This document shows, piece by piece, positions 20,624 to 31,705 of a stretch of 57,491 nucleotides of DNA; position 1 is the stretch's first letter; each line of letters opens with the position of its first letter. The stretch lies in contig CALXPZ010000049.1 of assembly GCA_944390375.1 (NCBI GenBank), positions 1 to 57,491 of the forward strand, given 5' to 3'. The DNA comes from an uncultured Alphaproteobacteria bacterium. Lineage in GTDB: Bacteria > Pseudomonadota > Alphaproteobacteria > RF32 > CAG-239. The translations under genes were made by a program, and so were the position numbers. Below the pieces are notes generated by a model. That model saw only the letters and a list, made by a program, of their open reading frames with translations, was not told where the DNA came from and did not search any database.

Positions 20624-21397
20624 CTATTTATATTCTTTGTACAGCATTCTCAACTTGCTTCTCAAATGTCCATTCGGCAAAATGTGCCCCAGCGCATCGA
20701 GGGTTTTATACAAGATCTTTTTCAGATAATCTTTCAGATGTGTTTTGACGCCATACTTTTTCAAGATTGTCTGCAAATTACCGCGATACCAATAGTAGTC
20801 CAGAAAATCATCATTTTCGGGAACTTCGCTGTTTTTGTAACAATCGCAAAAATCAATTTGTTCGCTGATTTTTCTAAAAGCACAAACGTCGCCACTTTCT
20901 TCCGATAAATTGATAAAAAGAAGCGACGGCTTCTTGCCCGGATTCAGCGCGCACAGACGTGCAAACAGTGTTTTGATTTCTTCGTCCGAAGGCATTATGC
21001 CGTCAAACCATTTCGGCGCGAAACAATACAAATACAGAATATCCTTGAGATCTTTGGTTGTTTCGTACAAGCGGTCAATCCGGCGGTTATATTTTTCTTT
21101 CAGAAGCTCAAACTCTTCGTCAAAATTATTTTCATCTTTGAAATCATGCAGAAACAACAAATTGCTGCCGGTATCAAGATAACCGATATTCTTTTTAGTA
21201 TCTTTTTCTCTATCCCTTTGCATATTTTCTTTTTGAAAGAATCCTTCAAAATGATTTTCAAGCAAAGTTACCGCCTTTTCCAAACTGGTTGGTCCGATCC
21301 AATCGAACGGCAGCGAGCGCCGTCTCTTTTTGGCTTCTCTCAACGCCTGAGCTCCCACGCAGGAACACCCGATCGGGATTATTATATCATATTTCAT
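20624..21397 (-). CDS. DUF1796 family putative papain-like cysteine peptidase, copy 1
   Basis: IIPIGCSCVGAQALR, SLPFDW, FLHDF, EKYNRRIDRL. Confidence 0.8.
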   Translation of the reverse strand: MKYDIIIPIGCSCVGAQALREAKKRRRSLPFDWIGPTSLEKAVTLLENHFEGFFQKENMQRDREKDTKKNIGYLDTGSNLLFLHDFKDENNFDEEFELLKEKYNRRIDRLYETTKDLKDILYLYCFAPKWFDGIMPSDEEIKTLFARLCALNPGKKPSLLFINLSEESGDVCAFRKISEQIDFCDCYKNSEVPENDDFLDYYWYRGNLQTILKKYGVKTHLKDYLKKILYKTLDALGHILPNGHLRSKLRMLYKEYK

Positions 21398-21556
21398 TTT
21401 GTCTCCTTAGTTATTCTTTCCGGCAAAACCGGATAGCCGGCAAATATGCCGGCTATTTAATTCGTCCTAAAATTAGTCAGTTTTTTATTTTTTGTCAACC
21501 AAACAAGGACAATCATATGTTGAATTTTTTCTTGTGCCGATTTCGGGCAAGCGCGC

Positions 21557-22333
21557 TTATTTGTATTCTTTATACAACATCCTTATTTTGCCGCGGATGT
21601 GCTGGTTGGGAATTATGCGGCTTACGGCATCAAGGATTTTAAATGAAATTTTTTTGAGAATGTCTTTGGCATTTTTGCGAACTTTATACAAATTCAAAAC
21701 GCTCTCAACATTCTTTTTATAATAAACATAATCGGGGAAATTTTCATCGTATTCCGCATCCTGATCACGGTAGCAGTCATAACAATCTATATCTCCGTTT
21801 TTGGTCTTGCGCTTTTCAAAACCGGTTCTACCGGCCTCGGCATCGGCCAAATTGATAAACAGCAGGCGGTGATGACGGCCGGGATACATCTCCCGCAGCT
21901 TGGCAAGAGAGGCTTCCAGCTCTTCTTCCGCAGGCGTGTGCGAAAACTGCTCTTTTTTGAAAATATGCAAATACAAAATATTCTTTGAATCGTTTATTGT
22001 CTGATAAATGCGTTTGATCCGGCGATCGTATTTTTCACGCAAAAGGACATATTCCTCATCAAAGCGGGAAACGTCCGTAAACTCGTGCAGAAACAAAATA
22101 TTGGTGCGCGTGTTAATGTAACCGACATTCTTTTTGGTATCTTTTTCAAATTTTTTCAGGTCTTCTTTTTCAAAAAAACCTTCAAAGCCCGTTTCCAGGA
22201 AACGAACCGCCTGTTCAAAGGAAAGCGGGATAATCCAGTCAAACGGCAGGGAGCGGCTTCTTTTCTTAACGCTTTTCAAGGCCTGTGCCGCGGCGCAAAA
22301 GCACCCCATCGGAATAATTATGTCGTATTTCAT
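21557..22333 (-). CDS. DUF1796 family putative papain-like cysteine peptidase, copy 2
   Basis: IIPMGCFCAAAQALK, SLPFDW, FLHEF, EKYDRRIKRI. Confidence 0.8.
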   Translation of the reverse strand: MKYDIIIPMGCFCAAAQALKSVKKRSRSLPFDWIIPLSFEQAVRFLETGFEGFFEKEDLKKFEKDTKKNVGYINTRTNILFLHEFTDVSRFDEEYVLLREKYDRRIKRIYQTINDSKNILYLHIFKKEQFSHTPAEEELEASLAKLREMYPGRHHRLLFINLADAEAGRTGFEKRKTKNGDIDCYDCYRDQDAEYDENFPDYVYYKKNVESVLNLYKVRKNAKDILKKISFKILDAVSRIIPNQHIRGKIRMLYKEYK

Positions 22334-22565
22334 TTAAGCTCCTCAAAAAAATCATACAGCATCGGCATTATGCAATTTAACGATCGTTTTTTTGCCATGT
22401 AAATTGTATTCTAACAGATTCGGTAAATTTTATGTAATTATTTAATTTTATTAACAATTTTTTATTGTACCCGAAAATTTTTGAAGTTCAAAAGCTGTAG
22501 CAAAAAAAGGATCGTTTTTTTTGCTACAGAATTGATTGAGCAGTTCAATGTCGATCTCGCCCGAA

Positions 22566-23690
22566 TCAGTTCAGCACATTGACAATTTCGCTTAAAGGAA
22601 CCAGGCGCAAACCGCGGCTTTTTAATGTCGGCAACCAAACTTTCAGCGCATTATAAGTCTGTTCTTTGGGGTGGCCGATGGCTACCGCGTATCCGTTTTT
22701 GCGGGCGATTTCCTCCGTCTGACGGAGCTGGCGCATAATGTAATCGAACTTATCTTCGTTATCTAAAAAAACATTTCTTGATACATACCGAACCTGATAT
22801 TCTTTCGCCGCTTTTTCGCCGACCGAATGAGCCGTCGTTTTGGAATCGAGAAAGAACAAACCGCGCGCGGATAATTCTTTCATAACAATTTCCATTTTTG
22901 GTTCATCTTCGGTAAAACGACTGCCCATGTGGTTGTTGACGCCGTTGATTTGAGAAAACTTATCCAACATATTTTTTATGCCGCGGGCAACCTCTTCATC
23001 GTTCATACCAACCGTCAGCACGTCGGGGGAAATATTCATACTGACTTTCGGCTCCATCGGCAAGTGGGCGATAATTTCGTGACCGGCTTTGCGGGCGTCT
23101 TCAATCTGCTGCCGCAAACCGGGGGCATAGGTCAAAAACGACGACGTCAGGGGATAGGAGAGAGAATTTATGCGAGCAGTGCGCTGACGGCTGACACCCA
23201 TATCGTCAATAACAATCGCAATCACCGGCTCTTTGCCGAAATAAGGCGGTTTGCGGCTGACTTCCACCTTGATGCCGCTGATTTTCGGGTGTGTTTTTTG
23301 CTTGCCGGGGTGCGGCTCGATTATATCTTCCGGCAGTTCTTCTTCATAAAAATCATAAATAACTTCCGACGGCAATTCTATTTCGTTGATGTAGGAAACT
23401 TTTTTCTCCCAGCTTGCTTCCAACGGATCCGGCACCTGTTCACGGTTTTGCCGAACGGCGTCCTCCAGCCGGAAGTTTTTTTCTTCCGCCGCCGGTTGTG
23501 CCTGCGTCGTCGCGACGGCTGCCACCGTATTTTCTTCCCGTTTTTCCGGTTCGTTTTCTTCCCCGGCGGCAAAAACCGTCAGAGAAACCGTTAAGAGCGA
23601 CAATATGCCGCCCAGGGCAAACAAAAACCGTCGGCGCCGGTTATTCGGCGCTGACGGTGCAGATTTCTTTTTTGCAGTCTTGTTATTCAT
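22566..23690 (-). CDS. Divergent polysaccharide deacetylase (YibQ family)
   Basis: IAIVIDDMG, HLPMEP, GVNNHMGSRFT, FLDSKTT, AIGHP; N-terminal TM. Confidence 0.92.
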   Translation of the reverse strand: MNNKTAKKKSAPSAPNNRRRRFLFALGGILSLLTVSLTVFAAGEENEPEKREENTVAAVATTQAQPAAEEKNFRLEDAVRQNREQVPDPLEASWEKKVSYINEIELPSEVIYDFYEEELPEDIIEPHPGKQKTHPKISGIKVEVSRKPPYFGKEPVIAIVIDDMGVSRQRTARINSLSYPLTSSFLTYAPGLRQQIEDARKAGHEIIAHLPMEPKVSMNISPDVLTVGMNDEEVARGIKNMLDKFSQINGVNNHMGSRFTEDEPKMEIVMKELSARGLFFLDSKTTAHSVGEKAAKEYQVRYVSRNVFLDNEDKFDYIMRQLRQTEEIARKNGYAVAIGHPKEQTYNALKVWLPTLKSRGLRLVPLSEIVNVLN

Positions 23691-23692
23691 TG

Positions 23693-25162
23693 TTACTTAT
23701 TGCGCAAAGTCGGAAAAGCTATAACATCGCGAATGGTTTCGGCGCCGGTCAGAAGAATCGCCAACCGGTCGATGCCCATACCCATGCCTCCGGTCGGCGG
23801 CAATGCATTTTCCAGCGCGTTTACAAAATCTTCATCCAACATCTGAGCTTCGTCATCGCCGGCTTCGCGTTCGGCACACTGCGCCTCAAACCGGGCACGC
23901 TGTTCCAGCGGATTGGAAAGCTCGGAATAGGCACAGCCGAGTTCCATGCCGCAGGCGTAGGCGTCAAAATGTTCAACCAGGCGCGGGTTGCTGCGGTGGG
24001 TTTTGGCCAGCGGAGAAATATCCCGCGGCATATCCATAACCAGAATCGGCTGGATCAGGTTGGCTTCGACTTTTTCATCAAAAACCAGTTGAACCACCTT
24101 TCCCCAGTTGGAACATTCGGAAGCGTCAATACCGACCGATTTTGCCATCTCACGCGCTTTTTCAACGGTATCGGCCTGCATCAGATCAATGCCGGCATAT
24201 TCTTTGACCAAATCGACAATCGACTTACGGGGGAAAGGTTTGGAAACATCAATCTCCACTCCGTTAAACGTAAACGACGGCTTGCCCAGAACCTGCTCGC
24301 AAACATAGCGGATCAGATCGGAAATGAGATCGGCCATATCATTATAGTCGGCATAAGCCTGATAGGCTTCCAGCGAGGTAAACTCCGGATTGTGCTTTTT
24401 ATCGACGCCCTCATTGCGAAAATTGCGGCCGATTTCAAACACGCGATCCAGACCGCCGACAACCAGACGTTTCAGGTAAAGCTCCGGCGCAATACGCAGG
24501 TAAAGATCCATATCAAGCGCATTGTGGTGCGTGATAAACGGTTTGGCATTGGCGCCGCCCATAATCGGGTGCAGCATCGGCGTTTCCACCTCCAAAAAAC
24601 CGTGCTCTTCAAAATAGCGGCGGATAGCCGATGTAATCCGGCAACGTTTTTTGAAAATCTCGCGGCTGTCGTCATTCATGATAAAATCGACATAACGCTG
24701 GCGGTATCTGGCCTCAATGTCGGTCAGCCCGTGGAATTTTTCCGGCAGCGGCTGGAGAGACTTGCCGATGATGTCAAACTTTTCGGCAGCAATCGACAAT
24801 TCGCCGCGGGGCGTGCGGCGGACAAAGCCGGAAACACCGACCAAATCGCCGACGTCAAGGCATTTCAGAAGATCCAATCCGGCCTCGTCAAGGTGGCTTT
24901 TATGGCAAAAAATCTGTATTTTTCCGCTTTTGTCTTTCAGGTCTATAAACATACCGCTGTTGCGCACGGCCATCGCGCGGCCGGCAACCGTTACCCTGTC
25001 TTCGGTGTTTTCGCCGGCAGGCAGATCTTTGTATTTTTCCTGCAGGTCGGCCGCATAGGCATCGGGTTTGAAACAATACGGATAAGGATTATACCCTTTT
25101 TCGGTCAGGGTATTGAGTTTTGCCAAGCGTGATTCTCTATGGATATTGGTTTCTGTTGCCAT
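23693..25162 (-). CDS. lysS: Lysine--tRNA ligase, class II
   Basis: [42 protein letters not shown]; start taken at MATETN. Confidence 0.97.
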   Translation of the reverse strand: MATETNIHRESRLAKLNTLTEKGYNPYPYCFKPDAYAADLQEKYKDLPAGENTEDRVTVAGRAMAVRNSGMFIDLKDKSGKIQIFCHKSHLDEAGLDLLKCLDVGDLVGVSGFVRRTPRGELSIAAEKFDIIGKSLQPLPEKFHGLTDIEARYRQRYVDFIMNDDSREIFKKRCRITSAIRRYFEEHGFLEVETPMLHPIMGGANAKPFITHHNALDMDLYLRIAPELYLKRLVVGGLDRVFEIGRNFRNEGVDKKHNPEFTSLEAYQAYADYNDMADLISDLIRYVCEQVLGKPSFTFNGVEIDVSKPFPRKSIVDLVKEYAGIDLMQADTVEKAREMAKSVGIDASECSNWGKVVQLVFDEKVEANLIQPILVMDMPRDISPLAKTHRSNPRLVEHFDAYACGMELGCAYSELSNPLEQRARFEAQCAEREAGDDEAQMLDEDFVNALENALPPTGGMGMGIDRLAILLTGAETIRDVIAFPTLRNK

Positions 25163-25249
25163 TTGTAAATTCCTGTTCTTTTCGGTTTTCTTGTTTCGTT
25201 TTTTCGTAACTATAAACAAAAGCCGTAAACTTTTCAACCCAATAATTGC

Positions 25250-25278
25250 TTGACGACGGCAAAGAACTAAAGTAGAAC
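25250..25278 (+). promoter_or_regulatory. lexA promoter with alphaproteobacterial SOS box
   Basis: GAAC-TAAAGTA-GAAC at 25264-25278 overlapping the -10 position of a TTGACG -35. Confidence 0.88.
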
Positions 25279-25312
25279 ATTATTATAATTAATATTCTTT
25301 GAGGAAATCATT

Positions 25313-25969
25313 ATGCTGACCCCGAAACAATACAAACTGCTGATGTTTATCGACAACTCGATTAAAGAAAACGGCTGCTGCCCTTCTTTTGAAGAAATGA
25401 AACAGGCGGTCGGCATTAAGTCAAAATCGGGCATTCATGCCCTGATCGAAGAACTGATCGAACGCGATTTTATCAAAAAACTGCCCCACAAGGCACGCGC
25501 GCTTGAAGTTTTGCGCACACCACGCTTTAAACCGCGGGAAATTATCGAAGAAGAAAAAAAGGTCAAACAGGCCCTGCAGGAAGCCGCGGTACAAATCCCC
25601 CTTTACGGCAAAATTGCCGCCGGAACGCCGATTGAGGCGTTGGCTAACGAAAGCGAAACCATCGCCGTGCCTTTCGATATGGTCAGCCGGGGCAGCTTTT
25701 ATGCCCTGACGGTTGAAGGAGAATCGATGATCGAAGCCGGTATTTTGGACGGCGACACCGCCATTATCCGCCGGGCGGAAAACGCCGAAAACGGGCAAAT
25801 CGTGGTGGCACTGATTGACGATGCGGAAGCAACGCTCAAGGTCTGGCAGAAAAAAAAGGACGAAATCTGGCTGAAACCGTGCAATGCCGCTTATGAGATC
25901 CGGAAGTTTCACCCGTCAAGGGTTAAGGTACAGGGAATATTAAGCGGCATCGTCCGCAAATATCATTAG
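25313..25969 (+). CDS. lexA: SOS repressor LexA
   Basis: MLTPKQ, PSFEEMK, SKSGIH, ARALEV, IAAG cleavage site, GESM, ATLK. Confidence 0.96.
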   Translation: MLTPKQYKLLMFIDNSIKENGCCPSFEEMKQAVGIKSKSGIHALIEELIERDFIKKLPHKARALEVLRTPRFKPREIIEEEKKVKQALQEAAVQIPLYGKIAAGTPIEALANESETIAVPFDMVSRGSFYALTVEGESMIEAGILDGDTAIIRRAENAENGQIVVALIDDAEATLKVWQKKKDEIWLKPCNAAYEIRKFHPSRVKVQGILSGIVRKYH

Positions 25970-26066
25970 CTTTTGAATTGTCTATTTTTTGTCAAAATAA
26001 GCTTGATTTTTTGTACAAAAAAGGCTATGATGATTGCATAACAAAGTTTTGATCCGGGAGGATTTT

Positions 26067-28184
26067 ATGGTTACGACGACAACAAACAACATTGACAATC
26101 ACCCTTTCATTCCCCTTGATTTTCAGGTTTATGAAGGAAAACGTCCTTATACCGTCGAAGAGGTCAGAAACGTACTGATGAGTCGTGTTGCCCGGCTGAC
26201 GGAAACAACCGACGATATTGCCGACGACCGCGGAGCGCGGGAAGCGTTTTTGCGCAAACGCAAAGAAGAAATGGCCTATAAAAACGCCATGCACGACGTG
26301 GAACTGTTTGATAAAAATCCGGAACTTTACACAAATCTTTTTGCCTTAAAAGAAACGACAAACGGTGATACTTACACCGAAAATGAGCGCACCGCCGACA
26401 AAGCTCACGCCAAAATCTGTGAGGACCAGAACGGCAATCTGTTTCTGGCGGTGGAAGTTTTCAAACCGGCCGATGTTTCGTTTCAGGTTCATGACGGAAA
26501 GATCAGCTTTGACCCGACCGGTATGTCTCCCGATCAGTTAAAAGAAATTATCTCCTGGCTGGATCGCCGCGGACTGGCTTCGTTTGTCAATATGGACGAG
26601 CTGAAACTGGAAAATGCCGATCCCAAAACGGAAGAAATGTTTGCCCGAGTTAAGGACGAAATTAAAGAAGGAACCGTCAACGGCGAGGAAGATTATGTTC
26701 GCTCCGTCAGCGCCGACCGGGTTCTGTCGGTTGAAGAAGAAAAGGAACAAACAGTGGCAGAACCTGCCCCCGTTGCTGTGCCGAATACCGAAAACCTGCC
26801 GGCAGAACGGGAAGGAGAACAACTCCAAAGTCCCGGCGAACCGGAAACGGAACTCCCCATAGAATCCTCCACTCTGCCGATACAGGAAACAAAACGCGAA
26901 AAGGCTCCCGATGACGCCAAAGACAAAGCGATTGCCTCAATCACCAAATGGATGGACAAGAACAAGCGCCGCGGACTGAGTTATTTTGTTACGCACAAAG
27001 GCGGTTATACCATATTTACCGCGTTTGGTACGGAAAACCCGGACAATATGGATTTGGACGGTGTTATTGATCCCAAAACAAAAGACGTTAAAGTGCGAAA
27101 CGAAGGAAAACTTTATGTCCGGATGGATGAAAAAGGACGGCTGGAAGTTTCTTTTGCAATGCCGGGCGGAAAACCTTTAAGCGACAACTATGCCGACCGG
27201 ATTATGGATGCCTATAAAGACGCCGGTATTACCCGAGTAAAATTCGAATCACTGTCCGATGCCAATGAGGGGGTCATTCGTTCTGCCTGCGGGCGGGCGT
27301 TGATGATCCCGGTCGGGCTTGGTCTGTCGCAGGTGAAATTTGACAAGATGATTGACGCGGCCGAGGGACGGCACGGTAAAAACAACCCGAAAGTTTTGAA
27401 ATACAAAAGGGATCTGGCTTTGGAGCTGGCCCGCCAACTGGCAGAAAAAGGTATTGACTGGCAGGATCCAAAAAATAAAAACAATGTGGACTGCCGCTGT
27501 ATCCGCGGGGCAATCGGCGGTTATAACCTGGCTCCGTTCCGTGACTGGTGGGAAGATTTCGGCCTGCGCGGCGCTTACGAAAACATTGTCAAAAGCGGCA
27601 GCAACACCAATGCCGCCGCGACCATCGGTGCCGCCGAAGCCGTCAGCAAACTGTATACGGCTTTTAATGAAGGACTTAACAGCGCGGACAACCTCAACCT
27701 GCCCCAGCAGGAAAGAGGAACCGTCGGCTACCTGCTGTCGCCCCGCTGCGCAATTCTGAATGACGAAGAAAAACAGCAGTTCAAACAATATCTGAACGGA
27801 AACGAAAATATCCCGATGCGCGATATGCCGCCGGAAGCCGCCATAAAATTGTTTTCCATCATGCAGAAGACGGAAGAAAAACTCGCCAAGAAAAAGATTG
27901 AAGACGAATATGAGCGCCTTGTTCATGACGAGTTTTACAGAGGAAACGCCGAACGCGACGCGGTTGCTCCCTTCCTGACCGATGCGGCAACCAGCATAAA
28001 CAACGTGGCTGAGGATATTAAAGACACCGGGTTGCCGCCCATATTCATCTGCCGGGTCGGCAATCCGAAATACGATTTCTCCGACGTAAAACGCCGGCAG
28101 AACGAGCAGTCACGGCAAAACTCACCCCGGGCAGGGCAGCCGTATAACCACGCCTACCGGAACAGGGGCAATTCGTATGACTAA
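26067..28184 (+). CDS. Large hypothetical soluble protein (~705 aa)
   Basis: Long ORF, GGAGG RBS, host-like codon usage, central Glu/Pro linker; no family recognised. Confidence 0.85.
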   Translation: MVTTTTNNIDNHPFIPLDFQVYEGKRPYTVEEVRNVLMSRVARLTETTDDIADDRGAREAFLRKRKEEMAYKNAMHDVELFDKNPELYTNLFALKETTNGDTYTENERTADKAHAKICEDQNGNLFLAVEVFKPADVSFQVHDGKISFDPTGMSPDQLKEIISWLDRRGLASFVNMDELKLENADPKTEEMFARVKDEIKEGTVNGEEDYVRSVSADRVLSVEEEKEQTVAEPAPVAVPNTENLPAEREGEQLQSPGEPETELPIESSTLPIQETKREKAPDDAKDKAIASITKWMDKNKRRGLSYFVTHKGGYTIFTAFGTENPDNMDLDGVIDPKTKDVKVRNEGKLYVRMDEKGRLEVSFAMPGGKPLSDNYADRIMDAYKDAGITRVKFESLSDANEGVIRSACGRALMIPVGLGLSQVKFDKMIDAAEGRHGKNNPKVLKYKRDLALELARQLAEKGIDWQDPKNKNNVDCRCIRGAIGGYNLAPFRDWWEDFGLRGAYENIVKSGSNTNAAATIGAAEAVSKLYTAFNEGLNSADNLNLPQQERGTVGYLLSPRCAILNDEEKQQFKQYLNGNENIPMRDMPPEAAIKLFSIMQKTEEKLAKKKIEDEYERLVHDEFYRGNAERDAVAPFLTDAATSINNVAEDIKDTGLPPIFICRVGNPKYDFSDVKRRQNEQSRQNSPRAGQPYNHAYRNRGNSYD

Positions 28185-28205
28185 ATCTTAAAATTAAAAG
28201 CCGGT

Positions 28206-28892
28206 TTAATCCCCGGCTTTTTCTTTGTTTTCACCATTTTTTCCGGTCAGGGAATCCGGCAGAAAATAATCCGGATCATATTGTTTGACCGAATCAAAAT
28301 GTCCGTCTTTCAAAACGGCCTCCACGATTATTCTGCCGTTGTTATCATACATGGCATAATAGCCGTCGGGAACACCGCGGCGGTAATTCATATGTATATA
28401 TATCCGTCCGTTCGGATAATACTGGCGGGAAACACCGTCCAGCATACCTCGTGCATAGGTCTGTTCCAGCCGGATCCGGCCGCGGTCGTCATACTGCCTG
28501 CGTATTCCGTCTCTTTTGCCCGATCGATAATGATCTTCTTCTGTCAAAACCCCATTCTCGTCAAAAACCAGAAAGGCGCCGTCCAATTCTCCCTGTCGCC
28601 AATGACCAACTTGTCTGACCCGGTTGTTTTCATATAAGATATGCAACCCGTCGGCAATTCCTTCCCGATAGCGGCCGACACCGGCATAGCCGTTCTCTTC
28701 TTCCCGTACGCGCCCGCTATACGGACGGCCGTTTTCATCGACCAGAACATCGCCTCGAAAAGAAAGAACAGCAATATCTGTCGCCGGCAAAAGACGGTAC
28801 AACCGATAGCGACCGGCATATAAAACCAGCAAAACCGCAGCCAGGATTGCAACAGCCAGAATAACAATGTGTTTTCGCGATATTTTTTTCAT
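28206..28892 (-). CDS. MORN-variant repeat protein (YwqK-like) with N-terminal TM
   Basis: Repeated Y..G..dG....Y..NG units. Confidence 0.82.
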   Translation of the reverse strand: MKKISRKHIVILAVAILAAVLLVLYAGRYRLYRLLPATDIAVLSFRGDVLVDENGRPYSGRVREEENGYAGVGRYREGIADGLHILYENNRVRQVGHWRQGELDGAFLVFDENGVLTEEDHYRSGKRDGIRRQYDDRGRIRLEQTYARGMLDGVSRQYYPNGRIYIHMNYRRGVPDGYYAMYDNNGRIIVEAVLKDGHFDSVKQYDPDYFLPDSLTGKNGENKEKAGD

Positions 28893-28960
28893 ACTTTTAA
28901 TCTTAAATAAAAAACGCCCCCGCCTTTTAATCAAAAAGCAGGGGCTGAGTATTTTTGTTT

Positions 28961-31609
28961 TTACAAACCAACAATACGCGCCAGTGCTTCTTCTACCTTG
29001 GCTTTGTTGGCCAGGGCTTCCGCCTGCCGGCGTTTTTCTTCTTCGACCACCGCTTTCGGCGCGCGTTCGACAAAGCTCGGGTTTGACAATTTGCGTTCGT
29101 AACCGGCCAGGTTCTGTTCCAGTCCGGCCAGTTCTTTCTGCAAACGTTCGCGCTCGGCGGCAAAATCGACTACGCCTTTGAGCGGAATCAGGAGAGCGGC
29201 CTCGCGGAATACGCTCTGAACCATATCGGGTGTGGTTTCGCCGTCATAGGCGGCGATATCTTCCAGCCGCGCCAGCGAGCAGACAATATTTTTGAAATTT
29301 CTGACATCACTCATGGTTTCCGCCTGAGCCCCTTTCAGCAAAACGGTCAGTTTTGCGGAGGCCGGCAAGTTCATTTCCGCACGGAGAGAGCGAATCGAAC
29401 TGATCAGATCAATAACGCGGTCAATTCCGCCGGCAGCAGCTTTGTCGCAGCTCTCGTTTTGCGGCCAGGAAGCGTTGATCAGGCGCTCGGCGTGAGTACC
29501 GGTATTGTTCCACAGTTCGCTGGTGATAAACGGCATAAACGGATGCAGAATAATCAGAATCCGGTTTAAAACCCAGGCAAAGGTCGCGCGAGTTTCCGCT
29601 TTTTCCGCCTCGTTATCGCCGTACAAAACGGGCTTGATCATTTCGATATACCAGTCGCAGAAAGTTCCCCAGACAAACTGGTAAACGGTATTGGCGGAAT
29701 CGGAGAAACGGAAGTTGTTCAAATTTTCGGTCAGTTCAGCCGTTGCCGCCTTAACTTTGGCAACAATCCAGCGGTTGACCGGGTGCTTGACGGCGGTTTC
29801 GTCAAAATCCGCCGGCAGCGAACATTCGTTCATCTCGCCGAAACGGGCGGAATTCCACAGTTTGGTGGCAAAGTTGCGGTAGCCCTGGATTCTGGCTTCG
29901 GAAACATTGATGTCGCGGCCCTGGGTTTCCATCGCCGCCATAAAGAAACGCAAAGCATCGGCGCCGTATTTTTCGATGATTTCCATGGGATCAACTGTGT
30001 TGCCTTTGGATTTGGACATTTTGCGCCCCTGCTCGTCGCGAACCAGACCATGGATATAGGCTTTTCTGAACGGCACTTTTTTCATGACATACATACTCAT
30101 CATCATCATACGGGCAACCCAGAAGAAAATGATGTCAAAACCGGTAACCAGAACCGAGGTCGGATAAAAGGTATCCAGATATTCGCTCTTATCCGGCCAG
30201 CCCAAAGTCGAAAACGCCCACAAGCCGGAAGAAAACCAGGTGTCGAGCACGTCGGTTTCGCGCGTCAGCTCAACCCGCGATCCATAATGTTTGTCGGCTG
30301 CCGCCTGCGCTTCTTCCTCGTTTTCTTCGCAGAAGATTTCGCCGTCGGGACCGTACCAGATCGGCATCTGGTGCCCCCACCACAACTGGCGGGAAATGCA
30401 CCACGGCTGAATGTTGCGCATCCACTCGAAATAGGTCTTTTCATAAGACTTCGGCACAAACTGCATTTCCCCGTCTTCAACCGCACGAATCGCCTCTTTG
30501 GCCAGCGTCGGCGCGTCAACAAACCACTGATCGGTCAGCATCGGTTCAATCACAACATTGGAGCGATCGCCGTAAGGAATGACCATCGGATGATCTTCAA
30601 TCTTTTCCATAAAGCCCAGTTCTTCCAGTTTGGCAATGGTTGCCTTGCGGGCGCTCTGGGTATCCATGCCGGCAAACGGCGTGTTCTCGTTCAAGGTGGC
30701 ATCCGGGTTTAAGATATTGATCAGCGGCAGATTGTGCCGTTTGCCGACCTCAAAGTCGTTGAAGTCGTGCGCCGGTGTAATTTTAACCGCACCGGTTCCT
30801 TTTTCGGGGTCGGCGTGATCATCGGCGATAATCGGAATCGCCCGGTTGATGATCGGGATAATGCATTCTTTGCCGATCAGATGTTTTAATTTTTCGTTGT
30901 CTTTGGAAACGGCAACCGCGGTATCGCCGAACATGGTTTCCGGCCGGGTGGTGGCAATGTGGATAAAGGCCCCCTCTTCCCCTTTGATCGGGTATTTGTA
31001 ATAGTACATTTTGCCGACGGTTTCTTTCTGTACAACTTCCAGATCGGAAACGGCAGTCATAAATTTTGCATCCCAGTTGACCAGTTTTTTGGCTTTATAG
31101 ATCAGGCCGTCTTTATACAGGCGGACAAAGATTTTGCGTACCGCACGCGACAACCCCTCGTCCATGGTAAAGCGCGCCCGTGACCAGTCGCAGGAAGCGC
31201 CCAGGCGCCGCAGCTGCTTGCAGATAGTACCGCCGGACTTTTCTTTCCACTGCCAGACGGTTTCGATAAATTTTTCGCGGCCGAGATCGTGGCGGGTAAT
31301 GCCTTCTGCGGCAAGGTTGCGCTCAACCACCATCTGCGTGGCGATACCGGCATGATCCATACCGGGCTGCCACAAAACGTTTTTGCCGAGCATACGGTTG
31401 TAACGGATTAAAATATCCTGCAAGGTATCGTCCAGCGCGTGTCCCATGTGCAAAACACCGGTAACGTTCGGCGGCGGAATGACGACGGCATAGGCTTCCT
31501 TGTTTTTATTCATATTCGGTTTGAAATCTCCGGCAGCTTCCCACTCGGCATAAATTTTTTCTTCAAAATTTTTCGGGTTGTAAGTTTTGTCTAACATATC
31601 ATTTTCCAA
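28961..31609 (-). CDS. valS: Valine--tRNA ligase
   Basis: PPPNVTGVLHMGHA, WCISRQLWWGH, KMSKS, C-terminal coiled coil. Confidence 0.98.
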   Translation of the reverse strand: MENDMLDKTYNPKNFEEKIYAEWEAAGDFKPNMNKNKEAYAVVIPPPNVTGVLHMGHALDDTLQDILIRYNRMLGKNVLWQPGMDHAGIATQMVVERNLAAEGITRHDLGREKFIETVWQWKEKSGGTICKQLRRLGASCDWSRARFTMDEGLSRAVRKIFVRLYKDGLIYKAKKLVNWDAKFMTAVSDLEVVQKETVGKMYYYKYPIKGEEGAFIHIATTRPETMFGDTAVAVSKDNEKLKHLIGKECIIPIINRAIPIIADDHADPEKGTGAVKITPAHDFNDFEVGKRHNLPLINILNPDATLNENTPFAGMDTQSARKATIAKLEELGFMEKIEDHPMVIPYGDRSNVVIEPMLTDQWFVDAPTLAKEAIRAVEDGEMQFVPKSYEKTYFEWMRNIQPWCISRQLWWGHQMPIWYGPDGEIFCEENEEEAQAAADKHYGSRVELTRETDVLDTWFSSGLWAFSTLGWPDKSEYLDTFYPTSVLVTGFDIIFFWVARMMMMSMYVMKKVPFRKAYIHGLVRDEQGRKMSKSKGNTVDPMEIIEKYGADALRFFMAAMETQGRDINVSEARIQGYRNFATKLWNSARFGEMNECSLPADFDETAVKHPVNRWIVAKVKAATAELTENLNNFRFSDSANTVYQFVWGTFCDWYIEMIKPVLYGDNEAEKAETRATFAWVLNRILIILHPFMPFITSELWNNTGTHAERLINASWPQNESCDKAAAGGIDRVIDLISSIRSLRAEMNLPASAKLTVLLKGAQAETMSDVRNFKNIVCSLARLEDIAAYDGETTPDMVQSVFREAALLIPLKGVVDFAAERERLQKELAGLEQNLAGYERKLSNPSFVERAPKAVVEEEKRRQAEALANKAKVEEALARIVGL

Positions 31610-31705
31610 TTTTAACAGATTTTATCAATAAAAACAAAACGCCCGCAAAGTGTTACCGCTTTGGGGCAGAAAGCAGGGAGGCCGGCGCCGGCGGAAATAT
31701 ACCGC

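Noticed and set aside
20624-22333. Diversity-generating retroelement TR/VR pair
   Set aside because: Differences are spread along the genes and not obviously adenine-specific; no reverse transcriptase is in the window
23414-25132. 572-aa plus-strand ORF and other long antisense ORFs (1359-2504, 3294-4436, 6610-7719, 29783-30712, 47060-48196)
   Set aside because: Shadow frames opposite well-supported genes, with no recognisable motifs
28206-28892. Toxin-antitoxin module based on the YwqK-like MORN protein
   Set aside because: The repeat is generic, the protein is membrane-anchored, and no co-oriented toxin gene is adjacent
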